Origin: an uncultured Candidatus Sumerlaeota bacterium
GTDB taxonomy: Bacteria; CAYMEV01
Direction: 5' to 3'
DNA: 60,465 nucleotides
Assembly (NCBI GenBank): GCA_964389675.1
Contig: CAYMEV010000021.1
Location: forward strand, 1 to 60,465
Part shown: in pieces, positions 1 to 9,900 of the stretch
How positions within the stretch are numbered: position 1 is the first letter of the stretch
How the letters are laid out: each line of letters begins with the position of its first letter
Notes under the pieces: generated by a model
What the model was told of the DNA's origin: nothing
What the model saw: the letters and a program-made list of their open reading frames with translations, nothing else
The model's database searches: none
Position numbers and translations under genes: made by a program

Positions 1-549
1 AAATGGTACTATCCTTTCTTTATTGCCCTTGCCGTAAAGGCGGATGAAATTCTCATTAAAATCGATCTGGCTCATCCTGAGATTAATCAGTTCGGAAACG
101 CGAAGCCCACTTGAATACATCAATTCAAGCATTGCTTTGTCCCTGATGCCAACAGGGGTTTCAGGGCATGAATCTATAAGAGCATCAATCTGTGCAATGC
201 TAAGGCAGCTTGGCAAATTTTTTCTGACCTTGGGAAAATCAATATTATCAAATGGATTACTTGATATATGGGATTTTGAGCACAGGAAATCATAAAACTT
301 TCTGAGAGAGCTTATTTTCCTTGATATGCTGCTTCGTGAAACCTTGTTCTTATTGAGGAATATTAGATATTCGTAAATATTGTCCTTATTCAGCTCTAAA
401 TAATCAAAAGCCCTGTTTTTCCTGCCAGAAAAGAAACTGTAGAAGAGATTTATGTCATTGATGTAAGCAGACTGAGTATTATCGGATAATCCTCGTTCGA
501 ACATCAGGTAGTTCGAAAACAATCTAATTATGTCTTCATAGGGTTTCAT
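1..549 (-). CDS. xerD: Tyrosine recombinase, XerD/XerC type (N-terminal part; runs off window edge)
   Basis: Not in ORF track; translated by hand from ATG at 549: MKPYEDIIRLFSNYLMFERGLSDNTQSAYINDI...RDKAMLELMYSSGLRVSELINL...GKGNKERIVPF; Xer N-terminal domain and catalytic R and K motifs. Confidence 0.88.
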   Translation of the reverse strand, partial: MKPYEDIIRLFSNYLMFERGLSDNTQSAYINDINLFYSFFSGRKNRAFDYLELNKDNIYEYLIFLNKNKVSRSSISRKISSLRKFYDFLCSKSHISSNPFDNIDFPKVRKNLPSCLSIAQIDALIDSCPETPVGIRDKAMLELMYSSGLRVSELINLRMSQIDFNENFIRLYGKGNKERIVPF

Positions 550-756
550 ACTGCCATTACAAACTTATCACAAACCATCTGGAATGTCTATATTTTAATA
601 GCATATCAGGCATAAGCGATTTTTAGCCATAAGATACAGCTTAAGAAGTATTTCAGATATGCAGGTATCAGTATTTTTTTTGCAGGCAAATATGTTTAGC
701 AACACTGCTGAAATAATTACGATAATATCATTAAAAAGAGATAAAGGAGCGGTAAA

Positions 757-1053
757 ATGAAAGTTTCTATGGATTCACAGAATATTATGGCATCCATTCA
801 ACAGATGCAGGCTTCAGGTTCAAAGGGGGCAGACGCCGGGAAATTCGATTCAATTATGGAAGAGATACAGAAGGGCGAGCTGGATGAAGGGAAAATAAGG
901 GATTTTACAACAAATTCATCAGGCCTGAGCAATGAGCAGTATCTTATTCTCCAGAGAGAAATGCAAAAACAGAATGAGCTGTTTTCAACATTGTCCAACA
1001 TTATGAAAAATCGGCACCAGACTATTCAGAATACTATTCAGAACATTAAATAA
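757..1053 (+). CDS. Small helical protein resembling T3SS needle/inner-rod (SctF/SctI-like) subunits
   Basis: 98 aa, SD AAGGAG; C-terminus YLILQREMQKQNELFSTLSNIMKNRHQTIQNTIQNIK fits the needle-type terminal helix; function inferred. Confidence 0.5.
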   Translation: MKVSMDSQNIMASIQQMQASGSKGADAGKFDSIMEEIQKGELDEGKIRDFTTNSSGLSNEQYLILQREMQKQNELFSTLSNIMKNRHQTIQNTIQNIK

Positions 1054-1067
1054 GGGGAGATGCTGTC

Positions 1068-1487
1068 ATGAGTGAAAAAAACAAAAGCCTTACCAAGGAA
1101 TCGAAACAGGTTCTCTGCGAGCTTGGATACTATTATATAAATAATAAGGATTATGATAAGGCAATGGCTATATTCAACAGCCTTATCATAATAGACGATC
1201 AGCTTCCTTTCAGGTACGGACTGGCTAATCTGTTCTTTGCCAAGGCTGACTATGATAAAGCCATCGAGATCTGTGAGGATATACTTGATGATTACCCTGA
1301 GGATATAACTGCGAAGCTTATTATGGCTGAAAATCTAATCTTTGCTGACAGGGACAGGAAGGCAAATGATATTCTCGACAGGGTTCTAAGTACAGATCTG
1401 GATGATGACTCGAGGAATCTCGCACTTAATCTTAAGAAGAGCATTCAGCAGGGACTGTCGGGCTTTGCAGCCAGATCAGGCAAATAA
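1068..1487 (+). CDS. TPR protein, candidate T3SS-type chaperone
   Basis: 139 aa acidic protein, about 3 TPR motifs (ELGYYY..DYDKAMAIF; GLANLFF..DYDKAIEICEDILDDYPED); SD GGGGAG. Confidence 0.7.
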   Translation: MSEKNKSLTKESKQVLCELGYYYINNKDYDKAMAIFNSLIIIDDQLPFRYGLANLFFAKADYDKAIEICEDILDDYPEDITAKLIMAENLIFADRDRKANDILDRVLSTDLDDDSRNLALNLKKSIQQGLSGFAARSGK

Positions 1488-1508
1488 TCTGTTATAAAGG
1501 GAAGTTCT

Positions 1509-1835
1509 TTGATAAAGATCAATCCACATAATAAGCCGTTAAATATTGATAACCCGACAGAGGTTTCAAAAAGGCAAAACGAGAAATTTGAAGCCAGTCT
1601 CAGGCCGGAACCCAGTGACAACGCCTACAGCAGAGAGAATCTTGTAGATACAATCAAAAACTCCAAATCTATTGAAGATGCTGTAAAGGCAATATCTAAT
1701 GATGTGGTAGAGAGTTTTTTTAAAAGCAACAAGCTTTTCGCAAATGAGGACTTTGTTGCCAGAGTTAAAGATGAGCTTGTTAAGTATTTTAAGGATGATC
1801 CTTTTGCTCAGGAAATTTTGCACTCACTGAAATAA
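1509..1835 (+). CDS. Hypothetical protein (low-complexity N-terminus, helical C-terminus ending YFKDDPFAQEILHSLK)
   Basis: 108-aa ORF, TTG start, SD AAGGGA, 21 bp after the TPR gene. Confidence 0.65.
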   Translation: MIKINPHNKPLNIDNPTEVSKRQNEKFEASLRPEPSDNAYSRENLVDTIKNSKSIEDAVKAISNDVVESFFKSNKLFANEDFVARVKDELVKYFKDDPFAQEILHSLK

Positions 1836-1911
1836 TTTTATTCACAAATTTACAGGATTCGAATAATTTAATAAAAATACAGGGTATTTTTGTATTTTTT
1901 TTATTTTTTAT

Positions 1912-1939
1912 TTGACATTTTGTTTTATTAAAGTACTTT
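1912..1939 (+). promoter_or_regulatory. Putative sigma70 promoter of the tRNA-tuf operon
   Basis: TTGACA (1912-1917), 16 bp, TACTTT (1934-1939); T-rich UP-like tract upstream. Confidence 0.55.
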
Positions 1940-2053
1940 ATGTTTTCTACAAAAAGTAGAGGTCTTTGACTATATTTGATATTGTTGGGAAATTACGGTG
2001 TTTGATGCATTTAGCTATTATAATTTTCCATCTGTGATTCAGGTTTAAAAATT

Positions 2054-2136
2054 GGGCGAGTGTCCGAGTGGTTAAAGGAGACGGGCTGTAAACCCGTTGG
2101 CGTCAGCCTACATAGGTTCAAATCCTATCTCGCCCA
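2054..2136 (+). tRNA. tRNA-Tyr(GTA)
   Basis: Acceptor GGGCGAG/CTCGCCC, anticodon arm ACGGG-CT-GTA-AA-CCCGT, long variable arm; CCA not encoded. Confidence 0.96.
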
Positions 2137-2148
2137 TTTGGAATATCC

Positions 2149-2222
2149 GCGGGAATAGCTCAATTGGCTAGAGCATCAGCCTTCCAAGCTGAGGGTTGCG
2201 GGTTCGATTCCCGTTTCCCGCT
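2149..2222 (+). tRNA. tRNA-Gly(TCC)
   Basis: Acceptor GCGGGAA/TTCCCGC, anticodon arm TCAGC-CT-TCC-AA-GCTGA, T-loop TTCGATT. Confidence 0.96.
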
Positions 2223-2224
2223 TT

Positions 2225-2297
2225 GCCCGCGTAGCTCAGTAGGTAGAGCGCTTCCATGGTAAGGAAGAAGTCATCGGTTCAATTCCGATCGTGGGCT
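2225..2297 (+). tRNA. tRNA-Thr(GGT)
   Basis: Acceptor GCCCGCG/CGTGGGC, anticodon arm CTTCC-AT-GGT-AA-GGAAG. Confidence 0.96.
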
Positions 2298-2357
2298 TGG
2301 AACAAAAAGAATTTAATATAAATTTATATTTATCAAAAAGGGAGGAATTGTTAGAAA

Positions 2358-3551
2358 ATGGCAAAGAAAAAATTTGACAGGACAAAGCCCCATGTCAATA
2401 TAGGGACTATTGGCCATATAGATCATGGTAAAACTACCCTGACTGCAGCTATTACTAAAGTCCTTGCGCAAAAGGGTTTTGCCAAGTTTAAGAAATTTGA
2501 TGAAATTGATAATGCTCCTGAAGAAAAAGCAAGGGGCATCACGATTGCTACAGCTCATATTGAATATGAGACAGATAACAGGCATTATGCACATGTAGAC
2601 TGCCCGGGACACCAGGACTACGTTAAGAATATGATCACAGGCGCCGCTCAGATGGATGGTGCCATTCTTGTCGTAAGCGCAAATGATGGCCCGATGCCTC
2701 AGACAAGGGAGCATATACTGCTTGCAGCACAGGTCGGGGTTCCCAATATGGTAGTTTTTATGAACAAGGTGGATATGGTAGATGACCCTGAACTGCTGGA
2801 CCTGGTTGAGATGGAGGTCAGAGAGCTCCTGTCCAACTATGATTTTCCCGGGGATGATATTCCCTTTGTCAGGGGTTCAGCCCTGAAGGCCCTTGAAGCA
2901 GAGTCAGCAGAAGGCCCTGAGACAGAATGCATTATTGAGCTTATGCAGGCTGTTGACAGCTATATTCCTACGCCTGCAAGGGATGTTGATAAAAACTTCC
3001 TTATGCCAGTTGAAGGTGTCTTCACCATTTCCGGCAGAGGTACTGTTGCTACCGGAAGGGTTGAAAGGGGTATTGTAAAGGTTAATGAAGAGATTGAGAT
3101 CGTAGGTATCAAGGAAACAAGGAAAACTGTCGTTACTGGAGTTGAAATGTTCAATAAGACCCTGGACGAAGGAAGGGCAGGGGATAATATAGGCGTACTG
3201 CTGAGGGGTATCAGAAGGACTGAGATAGAGAGGGGAATGGTTCTCGCAAAACCGGCGACCATCACACCTCATAGAAAGTTCAAGGCTAAGCTCTATGCCC
3301 TTACAAAGGAAGAGGGCGGAAGGCATACACCTTTCTTCTCAGGATACAGGCCTCAGTTCTTTTTCAGGACTACTGACGTTACAGGAACACTCACGCTGCA
3401 GGAAGGTACCGAGATGGTTATGCCTGGCGACGATGTAAACTGTATCGTTGAGCTTATCACACCCATAGCAATGGAGAAGAACCTGAAGTTCGCTATCAGG
3501 GAATCAAACAGGACAGTTGCATCCGGGTTTGTTGATGAAGTAATTGACTGA
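2358..3551 (+). CDS. tuf: Elongation factor Tu
   Basis: [25 protein letters not shown] motifs; after the tRNA cluster. Confidence 0.99.
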   Translation: MAKKKFDRTKPHVNIGTIGHIDHGKTTLTAAITKVLAQKGFAKFKKFDEIDNAPEEKARGITIATAHIEYETDNRHYAHVDCPGHQDYVKNMITGAAQMDGAILVVSANDGPMPQTREHILLAAQVGVPNMVVFMNKVDMVDDPELLDLVEMEVRELLSNYDFPGDDIPFVRGSALKALEAESAEGPETECIIELMQAVDSYIPTPARDVDKNFLMPVEGVFTISGRGTVATGRVERGIVKVNEEIEIVGIKETRKTVVTGVEMFNKTLDEGRAGDNIGVLLRGIRRTEIERGMVLAKPATITPHRKFKAKLYALTKEEGGRHTPFFSGYRPQFFFRTTDVTGTLTLQEGTEMVMPGDDVNCIVELITPIAMEKNLKFAIRESNRTVASGFVDEVID

Positions 3552-3561
3552 GGACAGATAA

Positions 3562-3714
3562 ATGAGAGAGATTATCTCGCTTCAGTGTACTGAATGCAAA
3601 AATAAGAATTACATGACTACGAAAAACAAGAAGACAAATACTGACAAGCTTGAGATAAAAAAATACTGCAAGTTTGACAGGAAGCATACATTACACAAAG
3701 AAGCAAAGAAATAA
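3562..3714 (+). CDS. rpmG: 50S ribosomal protein L33
   Basis: Not in ORF track; [50 protein letters not shown], 50 aa. Confidence 0.97.
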   Translation: MREIISLQCTECKNKNYMTTKNKKTNTDKLEIKKYCKFDRKHTLHKEAKK

Positions 3715-3725
3715 GCAGATTAGAC

Positions 3726-3799
3726 AGGTCAGTAGCTCTAACTGGTAGAGCGCCGGACTCCAAATTCGGATGTTGGGGGTTCGAATCCTCCCTGGCCTG
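3726..3799 (+). tRNA. tRNA-Trp(CCA)
   Basis: Acceptor AGGTCAG/CTGGCCT, anticodon arm CCGGA-CT-CCA-AA-TTCGG; usual position before secE. Confidence 0.95.
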
Positions 3800-3829
3800 T
3801 ATTTTATGCATTTTGGAGGGAAAGTAGAT

Positions 3830-4111
3830 TTGACTTTTTTAAATAAATCACTGCAGTTTCTTAAAGATGTTAAGTCAGAACTGAAAAAGGTCACATGGCC
3901 CACTAAGAATGAGACCATTAATACTACTATTATAGTTATTATAGGTGTACTGATTTTATCTGTCTTTCTATCTATTGTAGATACGATTCTTTCAGCATAT
4001 GTAAGATGGTCATTAAATGCAAATACCAGCTCTTTCATACTGTCGATCGGGATTATTGCTGTTTTGATTTCGGGCTTTCTTCTTTTTAGATGGCTTAAGA
4101 AGAAGCGTTGA
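3830..4111 (+). CDS. secE: Preprotein translocase SecE with an extra C-terminal hydrophobic helix
   Basis: FLKDVKSELKKVTWPT motif; TTG 3830 after SD GGAGGG (the track start 3770 overlaps tRNA-Trp). Confidence 0.95.
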   Translation: MTFLNKSLQFLKDVKSELKKVTWPTKNETINTTIIVIIGVLILSVFLSIVDTILSAYVRWSLNANTSSFILSIGIIAVLISGFLLFRWLKKKR

Positions 4112-4138
4112 TAAAAAAAACTGTTGGAGAACTTAAAT

Positions 4139-4687
4139 ATGTCTGAAATGAAATGGTATGCTTTGTATGTTGTATCAGGGCTGGAAGAGCAGGCAAAAAG
4201 AAATATTGAGAAATCCGTTGAAAACTACAAGGTTGCTGATAAAGTCGGCCAGATCCTTATCCCCAAACAGACTCAGATTCAGATAAAGAAGGGGAAAAGA
4301 CAGTCTGTTGAAACCAATCTTTTCCAGGGTTATATACTTATCCAGGCCGATCTCGACAAAGAGCTTATACATATCATCAAGAACTCTCCCAAGGTCAAGA
4401 AGTTTGCCGGGACATTTGATAATCCGATACCCCTGGAGGATTCAGAGGTTGATAAGCTGCTGAAGCGTTCAGAAAAGAAGACAAAGGAATCTGTTTCGGA
4501 AATAGACCTTATAAAAGGAGAAGAAGTAAAGATTATTGTGGGGCCTTTTACGGACTTTACCGGAACGATTGATGAGATAAACCTTGAAAAATCATCACTG
4601 AAGGTATTGGTTAGGATATTTGGGAGAGCTACTGCAGTTGATCTAAAATTTGATCAGGTCGTAAAGCTTTCTGAATTAAAAGAATAA
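4139..4687 (+). CDS. nusG: Transcription elongation factor NusG
   Basis: WYALYVVSGLE, LFQGYILIQ, KOW GPFTDFTG, IFGR; ATG 4139 after GGAGA. Confidence 0.98.
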   Translation: MSEMKWYALYVVSGLEEQAKRNIEKSVENYKVADKVGQILIPKQTQIQIKKGKRQSVETNLFQGYILIQADLDKELIHIIKNSPKVKKFAGTFDNPIPLEDSEVDKLLKRSEKKTKESVSEIDLIKGEEVKIIVGPFTDFTGTIDEINLEKSSLKVLVRIFGRATAVDLKFDQVVKLSELKE

Positions 4688-4712
4688 AAAAAACAAGGAG
4701 TGATTTGAAACT

Positions 4713-5138
4713 ATGGCCAAGAAACTAATAGCGCAAGTCAAGCTTCAGATCCCTGCTGGGAAGGCTGATCCGTCTCCGCCTGTTGGACCAGCGCTTGGTC
4801 AGCATGGTGTTAATATCCCTGGTTTCTGCAAAGAATTCAATGCAAAAACCAAGGATGAGGCAGGGATGATTATCCCGGTTGTGATCAGCATCTATCAGGA
4901 CAAGAGCTTTACTTTTATTACAAAGACACCGCCAGCTGCTGTTTTATTAAAGAAAGCGGCAAATCTTGTAAAAGGATCATCAGAACCAAAACTTAATTAT
5001 GTGGCAACAGTACCGAAGCAAAAAGCTATAGAGATAGCAAACCTCAAGATGAAGGACCTGAATGCAAAGGATATTGAGGGAGCTTTCAGAATGATCGAGG
5101 GTACTGCAAAAAGCATGGGAATCAAGATTGAAGGTTAG
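4713..5138 (+). CDS. rplK: 50S ribosomal protein L11
   Basis: [16 protein letters not shown]. Confidence 0.99.
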   Translation: MAKKLIAQVKLQIPAGKADPSPPVGPALGQHGVNIPGFCKEFNAKTKDEAGMIIPVVISIYQDKSFTFITKTPPAAVLLKKAANLVKGSSEPKLNYVATVPKQKAIEIANLKMKDLNAKDIEGAFRMIEGTAKSMGIKIEG

Positions 5139-5152
5139 CGAGGTATTATATT

Positions 5153-5860
5153 ATGAGTAAATTACCAAAGAAAAGAAAGGAAATACTTGAAAAGATCCCT
5201 GAGGATAAGAAAACCTTCGAGCTTGAAGAAGCACTGCAGTTTATTAAGGAAAATTCCTTTGCAAAATTCGATGAGACCATTGAGGTTGCTATCAGGCTTA
5301 ATGTTGACCCGAGGCATGCCGACCAGATGGTAAGGGGATCTGTTGTGCTTCCTCACGGGACCGGCAAAACCAAGAAGGTACTTGTCCTTACTGCGGGAGA
5401 GAAGGAAGCAGAAGCAAAAGATGCAGGGGCTGACTATGTTGGGCTTGATGATTATGTTGAACAGATTAAAAACGGCTGGCTTGATTTTGATTCCGTCATT
5501 GCCACGCCTGACGTTATGGGAAAGATAAAGGTCCTTGGCAAGATACTGGGTCCAAGGAAACTCATGCCTAACCCCAAAACAAATACTGTAACATTTGATG
5601 TAAAGGGAGCCATTTCCGATGTTAAAAAGGGTATGATTGAGTTCAGGGTAGATAAAGGAGCTAATATTCATGGAATTATCGGAAAGAAAAGCTTTGATCT
5701 TGAGAAATTGAAAGAAAACCTCAGAGTCTTTATAGAAGCCATTGTCAAAGCAAAACCCGCATCTTCAAAAGGACGGTATATAAGGTCTTTCACCCTGTCT
5801 TCAACTATGGGGCCGGGATTAAAAGCTGATCCGGTAAAGATCATGAATGAATTTAAATAA
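5153..5860 (+). CDS. rplA: 50S ribosomal protein L1
   Basis: [27 protein letters not shown]. Confidence 0.99.
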   Translation: MSKLPKKRKEILEKIPEDKKTFELEEALQFIKENSFAKFDETIEVAIRLNVDPRHADQMVRGSVVLPHGTGKTKKVLVLTAGEKEAEAKDAGADYVGLDDYVEQIKNGWLDFDSVIATPDVMGKIKVLGKILGPRKLMPNPKTNTVTFDVKGAISDVKKGMIEFRVDKGANIHGIIGKKSFDLEKLKENLRVFIEAIVKAKPASSKGRYIRSFTLSSTMGPGLKADPVKIMNEFK

Positions 5861-5884
5861 TTTTAATACTGTGAGGCATTTGCA

Positions 5885-6406
5885 ATGAATAGAACAAAGA
5901 AGGAAATGATTGTAGGGTTGCTAAATCAGGAAGTAAACTCTGCAAAATCAATAATACTGCTTGATTATAAAGGGATTAACGTTGAAAGCATTGAACAGTT
6001 CAGAAAATACTGCCGGACAAATAATGTCAGCTTCAGGGTGGTCAAGAATACACTTTTTCAGCTTGCTATAAAAAATACAGCTTTTTCGTGTCTTGACGAA
6101 TATATTGATGGCCCGGTTTCGATACTCTATTCGAAAGAAGACCCGATTGCACCTGCTAAGGCTATATCCAATTTTGATAAAAAATTGAATAAATTTACCA
6201 TTAAGGCAGGTTCGCTTGACGGAAGGATCATCAGTTCAGAAAAGATTGAAAAGCTGTCAAAACTGCCTTCAAAAGAGGTTCTTTTAGCTCAGCTTATGGG
6301 TGTTTTGAACGGGCCTTCAAGGTCTTTTGTTTCAGTACTGAACCAGACTGTGTCCGGTTTTGTGAACATTTTGAACAACATTAAGAATAAAAAAGAAGAA
6401 AAATAA
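5885..6406 (+). CDS. rplJ: 50S ribosomal protein L10
   Basis: DYKGINV, RVVKNTL, LSKLPSKEVLLAQL. Confidence 0.98.
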   Translation: MNRTKKEMIVGLLNQEVNSAKSIILLDYKGINVESIEQFRKYCRTNNVSFRVVKNTLFQLAIKNTAFSCLDEYIDGPVSILYSKEDPIAPAKAISNFDKKLNKFTIKAGSLDGRIISSEKIEKLSKLPSKEVLLAQLMGVLNGPSRSFVSVLNQTVSGFVNILNNIKNKKEEK

Positions 6407-6435
6407 GATAATAATTAGTCTAAGGAGGATATATA

Positions 6436-6828
6436 ATGTCTATTACAAGAGAAGATGTTGTGAAATTTATTGATAACATGACAATCCTGGAAATGTCAGA
6501 GTTTATCAAGGAGCTTGAGGAAAGATATGGCGTAACAGCAGCCGCCCCGGCAGCTGCAGTTGTTGCCCCGGCAGCAGGTGCAGCAGGTGCAGCTGCTGAG
6601 GAAGCCAAGGAAGAGCAGACAGAATTTACTGTCACTCTAAAGGATGTTGGCAAGGATAAACTCAAGGTTATCAAAGAGGTGAGGGCTGCCACAGCGCTTG
6701 GTCTTAAAGAAGCAAAAGCACTGGTTGATACTGCACCTCAGGTTGTTAAAGAGGGAATTCCAAAAGCAGAAGCTGAAGATATCAAAAAGAAATTAGAGGA
6801 AGTAGGAGCAAAGGTAGAAATTAGCTGA
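6436..6828 (+). CDS. rplL: 50S ribosomal protein L7/L12
   Basis: Ala-rich hinge, [21 protein letters not shown]. Confidence 0.99.
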   Translation: MSITREDVVKFIDNMTILEMSEFIKELEERYGVTAAAPAAAVVAPAAGAAGAAAEEAKEEQTEFTVTLKDVGKDKLKVIKEVRAATALGLKEAKALVDTAPQVVKEGIPKAEAEDIKKKLEEVGAKVEIS

Positions 6829-6871
6829 TTGTCGATTATTGTTATCAAAAAAATTAAAATCTAATAAAAGA

Positions 6872-6922
6872 ATAAGGCCCAGATCCTTCTATAGGAGCAT
6901 TTTCTATGGATTTGGGTCTTAT
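6872..6922 (+). promoter_or_regulatory. Long stem-loop in the rplL-rpoB intergenic region (attenuator or processing-site candidate)
   Basis: ATAAGGCCCAGATCC (6872-6886) pairs with GGATTTGGGTCTTAT (6908-6922) using G-U pairs, plus an inner ATAGGA/TTCTAT stem. Confidence 0.55.
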
Positions 6923-6930
6923 ACATTTAT

Positions 6931-9900
6931 ATGGGAGATGAGATTAGAATGGATGATAAAAGAATAAATCTTGGAATCCTGAAATCAAAGGTCGACATAC
7001 CTGACCTGATAGCTATACAGCGAAAATCATATGCTGATTTTCTGCAGATGGACCTTTTGCCCTCTGAAAGAAAAGATATAGGAATTCAGGGTGTTTTTAA
7101 GTCCATATTTCCTATCAGAGACTTCTCTGAGCTTACTGAACTTAGGTTCATAAGCTATTCTATAGGAAACTGGGAGTGTAATTGCGGGAAGGAAAAGGGC
7201 CTTGAGAACAGAAGGATTAAATGTTCTGTATGCGGCCATCTGAACCAGCCGAAGGTGGGCAGGATAAAAGAATTTACCTGCGAAGGTGATGGATGCAAGG
7301 CTGTAGTTCAGAATACCCTGCCCAAGTGCAGGAAATGTCATTCAAATGTTACCCTTAAGGTCAAATATGACCTTCTGGAATGCAAAGACAGGGGTAAAAC
7401 ATACAGTGCACCAATGAAGATCAAGATACAGCTCCTTATTAATAAAAAGGATGAGGAAAGCGGGGTAGTAGCCCTTGACAGAATGATTGAACAGGAGATT
7501 TACATAGGGGATATACCTCTGATGACCAACAAGGGGACTTTTATAATCAATGGAGCTGAAAGGGTCGTTGTAAGCCAGATACAAAGGTCTTCCGGTATAT
7601 TTTTCTATGCATCAAAGGACAAAAAGACCAGCAGGCTTCATACTGCAAGGATCATTCCATACAGAGGGAGCTGGATAGAGTTTGAATTTGACAAGAAGGG
7701 AATTATATACTGCAGGATCGACAAGAGGAGAAAGATAGTAGCGACCACTCTTCTTAAGGCACTGGGATATGAGAATGATGAAGATATCATCAGGGCAGTC
7801 TATGATATTGAAGAGATAGAGATTGAGGATCAAAGGCCGTATTCAGTACTGGATGAGAAGATACAGTATAACAGAAAGCTTTCTTATGATATTTATGACC
7901 CCAATAAGCCTGACAGCCTTATTTTCAGTGCAGGAGAGGACCTCGATGTTTCGAAGATACAGAAGATGAAATACTATGGTATCAAAAGAATACCTATTGG
8001 CGTGCAGGAGCTCCAGGGGAGGTATTTTGCAGCTGATGCCATTGACGAGGAAACCGGAGAGGTTCTTTATAAAAGCAAAGAAACCATAGATAAACCTGAT
8101 AAATTCATCAAGAATGAGAATATAAAGAAGATCTATCTGGCAAAGACAGATAACCCGAAACTGCAGGACCTTTTATTCCTGACACTGAAAAAGGATGCTA
8201 TCCAGACAAAAGATGAAGCACAGATAGATATATACAGAAGGATCAGACCGGGTGAACCTCCTAATATGGAAGCAGTCAGAGCGACAATAGAAGGAATGTT
8301 CTTTGATATAAACAGGTTTGACCTTGGAGATGTCGGAAGGTTTAAGATTAACCAGAAATTCGGTTTTCAGAATGTTGATGATGATAAGGAAGAGAACAGG
8401 ATACTGAAAAAGGAAGATGTCCTTGAAACAGTTAAATATCTTATATGCCTGTGGAATCGTGAAGGCAGTCCGGATGATATTGACCACCTGGGAAACAGGA
8501 GGGTGCGAAGGGTTGGCGAGATACTTGAGAACCAGTTCAGAGTCGGCCTTGTCCGCATGGAAAGGGTCATAAAGGAAAAACTCAATGTTCAGGATGTTGA
8601 TACAATGGCCCCTCATGATATTATTAATGCAAAGCCTATAATGGGTATTATAAGGGAGTTCTTCGGCTCAAGTCAGCTTTGCCAGTTCATGGACCAGACA
8701 AATCCCCTTGCAGAACTCACTCACAAGAGGAGAATCAGTGCCCTGGGGCCAGGTGGCCTGTCAAGAGACAGAGCAGGCTTTGAGGTTAGAGACGTCCATC
8801 CGACACATTACGGAAGGATATGCCCTATTGAAACCCCTGAAGGGCCCAATATTGGCCTGATCGTATCCCTCAGTACATATGCAAACATTGATAAATACGG
8901 ATTTATACAGACACCATTCTTTAAGGTCAGGAATGGAGAGGTTAAGATACATTACATTATTCTGGATACAGGAGACTCAAAGTTCAAGCCTGATGAGATT
9001 GTTGAAAGGGATAAATTCGATGCAGTTAACCAGAAGCTTATATCAGAAGGCAAGAGGCCTGCAAAAGGTAAAATACATCCATTTTATCTTAATGCGGACC
9101 AGGAGATCAACATGGCTATTGCTCAGGCAAATGCCAGGGTTGATGATTCAGGGAAGCTTCTTGATGATTATATAAGCTGTACAAAAAATGCGAGCTATGT
9201 GCTTATCCCGAGAAAAGAAGTAAATTATATAGATATTTCCCCAAAACAGCTTGTGTCTGTGTCAACTGCGCTTATTCCCTTCCTGGAGCATGATGATGCA
9301 AACAGGGCCCTGATGGGTTCAAATATGCAGAGGCAGGCAGTCCCACTGATCAATGCCGAGGCACCTATTGTCGGCACAGGGATGGAAAAAATGGCCGCTG
9401 AGTCATCAGGTGCCCTTGTGATCTGCAAAAGAAAGGGTATCATCGAGAGCGTCACTGCTGACAGGATAATAGTCAGGATTGCAGAGGATGCGAGGGATAT
9501 TCAGGGCATTTCAGATGATTCAGAGCTTCAAAGCGATTCAAAGATAGATATATATAATCTTCTTAAATTCAAGATGTCCAACCAGAATACCTGCATTAAC
9601 CAGAGGCCGATCGTTACGGCCGGACAGGAGGTCTTTCCGGGGGATATTCTTGCAGACGGGGTATCGACAGAAGGTGGAGAGCTTGCTCTTGGAAAGAACA
9701 TCCTTGTTGCCCTGATGCCCTGGGAAGGATTTAACTATGAAGATGCTATAGTCATGAGTGAGAGGCTTGCAAGGGAAGAAGTATTTACATCCATACATAT
9801 AGAAGAATTTCAGATAGAATGCAGGGATACAAAACTCGGCCCTGAAGAGATAACAGCTGACATCCCCGGAGTAAAGGAACCTCTTCTTAGAAATCTTGAT

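Noticed and set aside
44-295. 83-aa plus-strand ORF
   Set aside because: Antisense shadow of the xerD-type gene
699-725. Sigma28-type promoter for the T3SS-like module (TACGATAA at 718-725)
   Set aside because: The -10 resembles GCCGATAA but the expected -35 position reads GCAA, not TAAA; too weak to call
1-2136. Integrative island or prophage (recombinase near tRNAs)
   Set aside because: The recombinase looks like housekeeping XerD/C; no duplicated tRNA end or phage genes visible; sequence left of the window is unseen
3726-3799. Genetic-code reassignment or suppressor tRNA
   Set aside because: tRNA-Trp has CCA; conserved genes end at TGA, TAG and TAA where expected, with no in-frame stops seen
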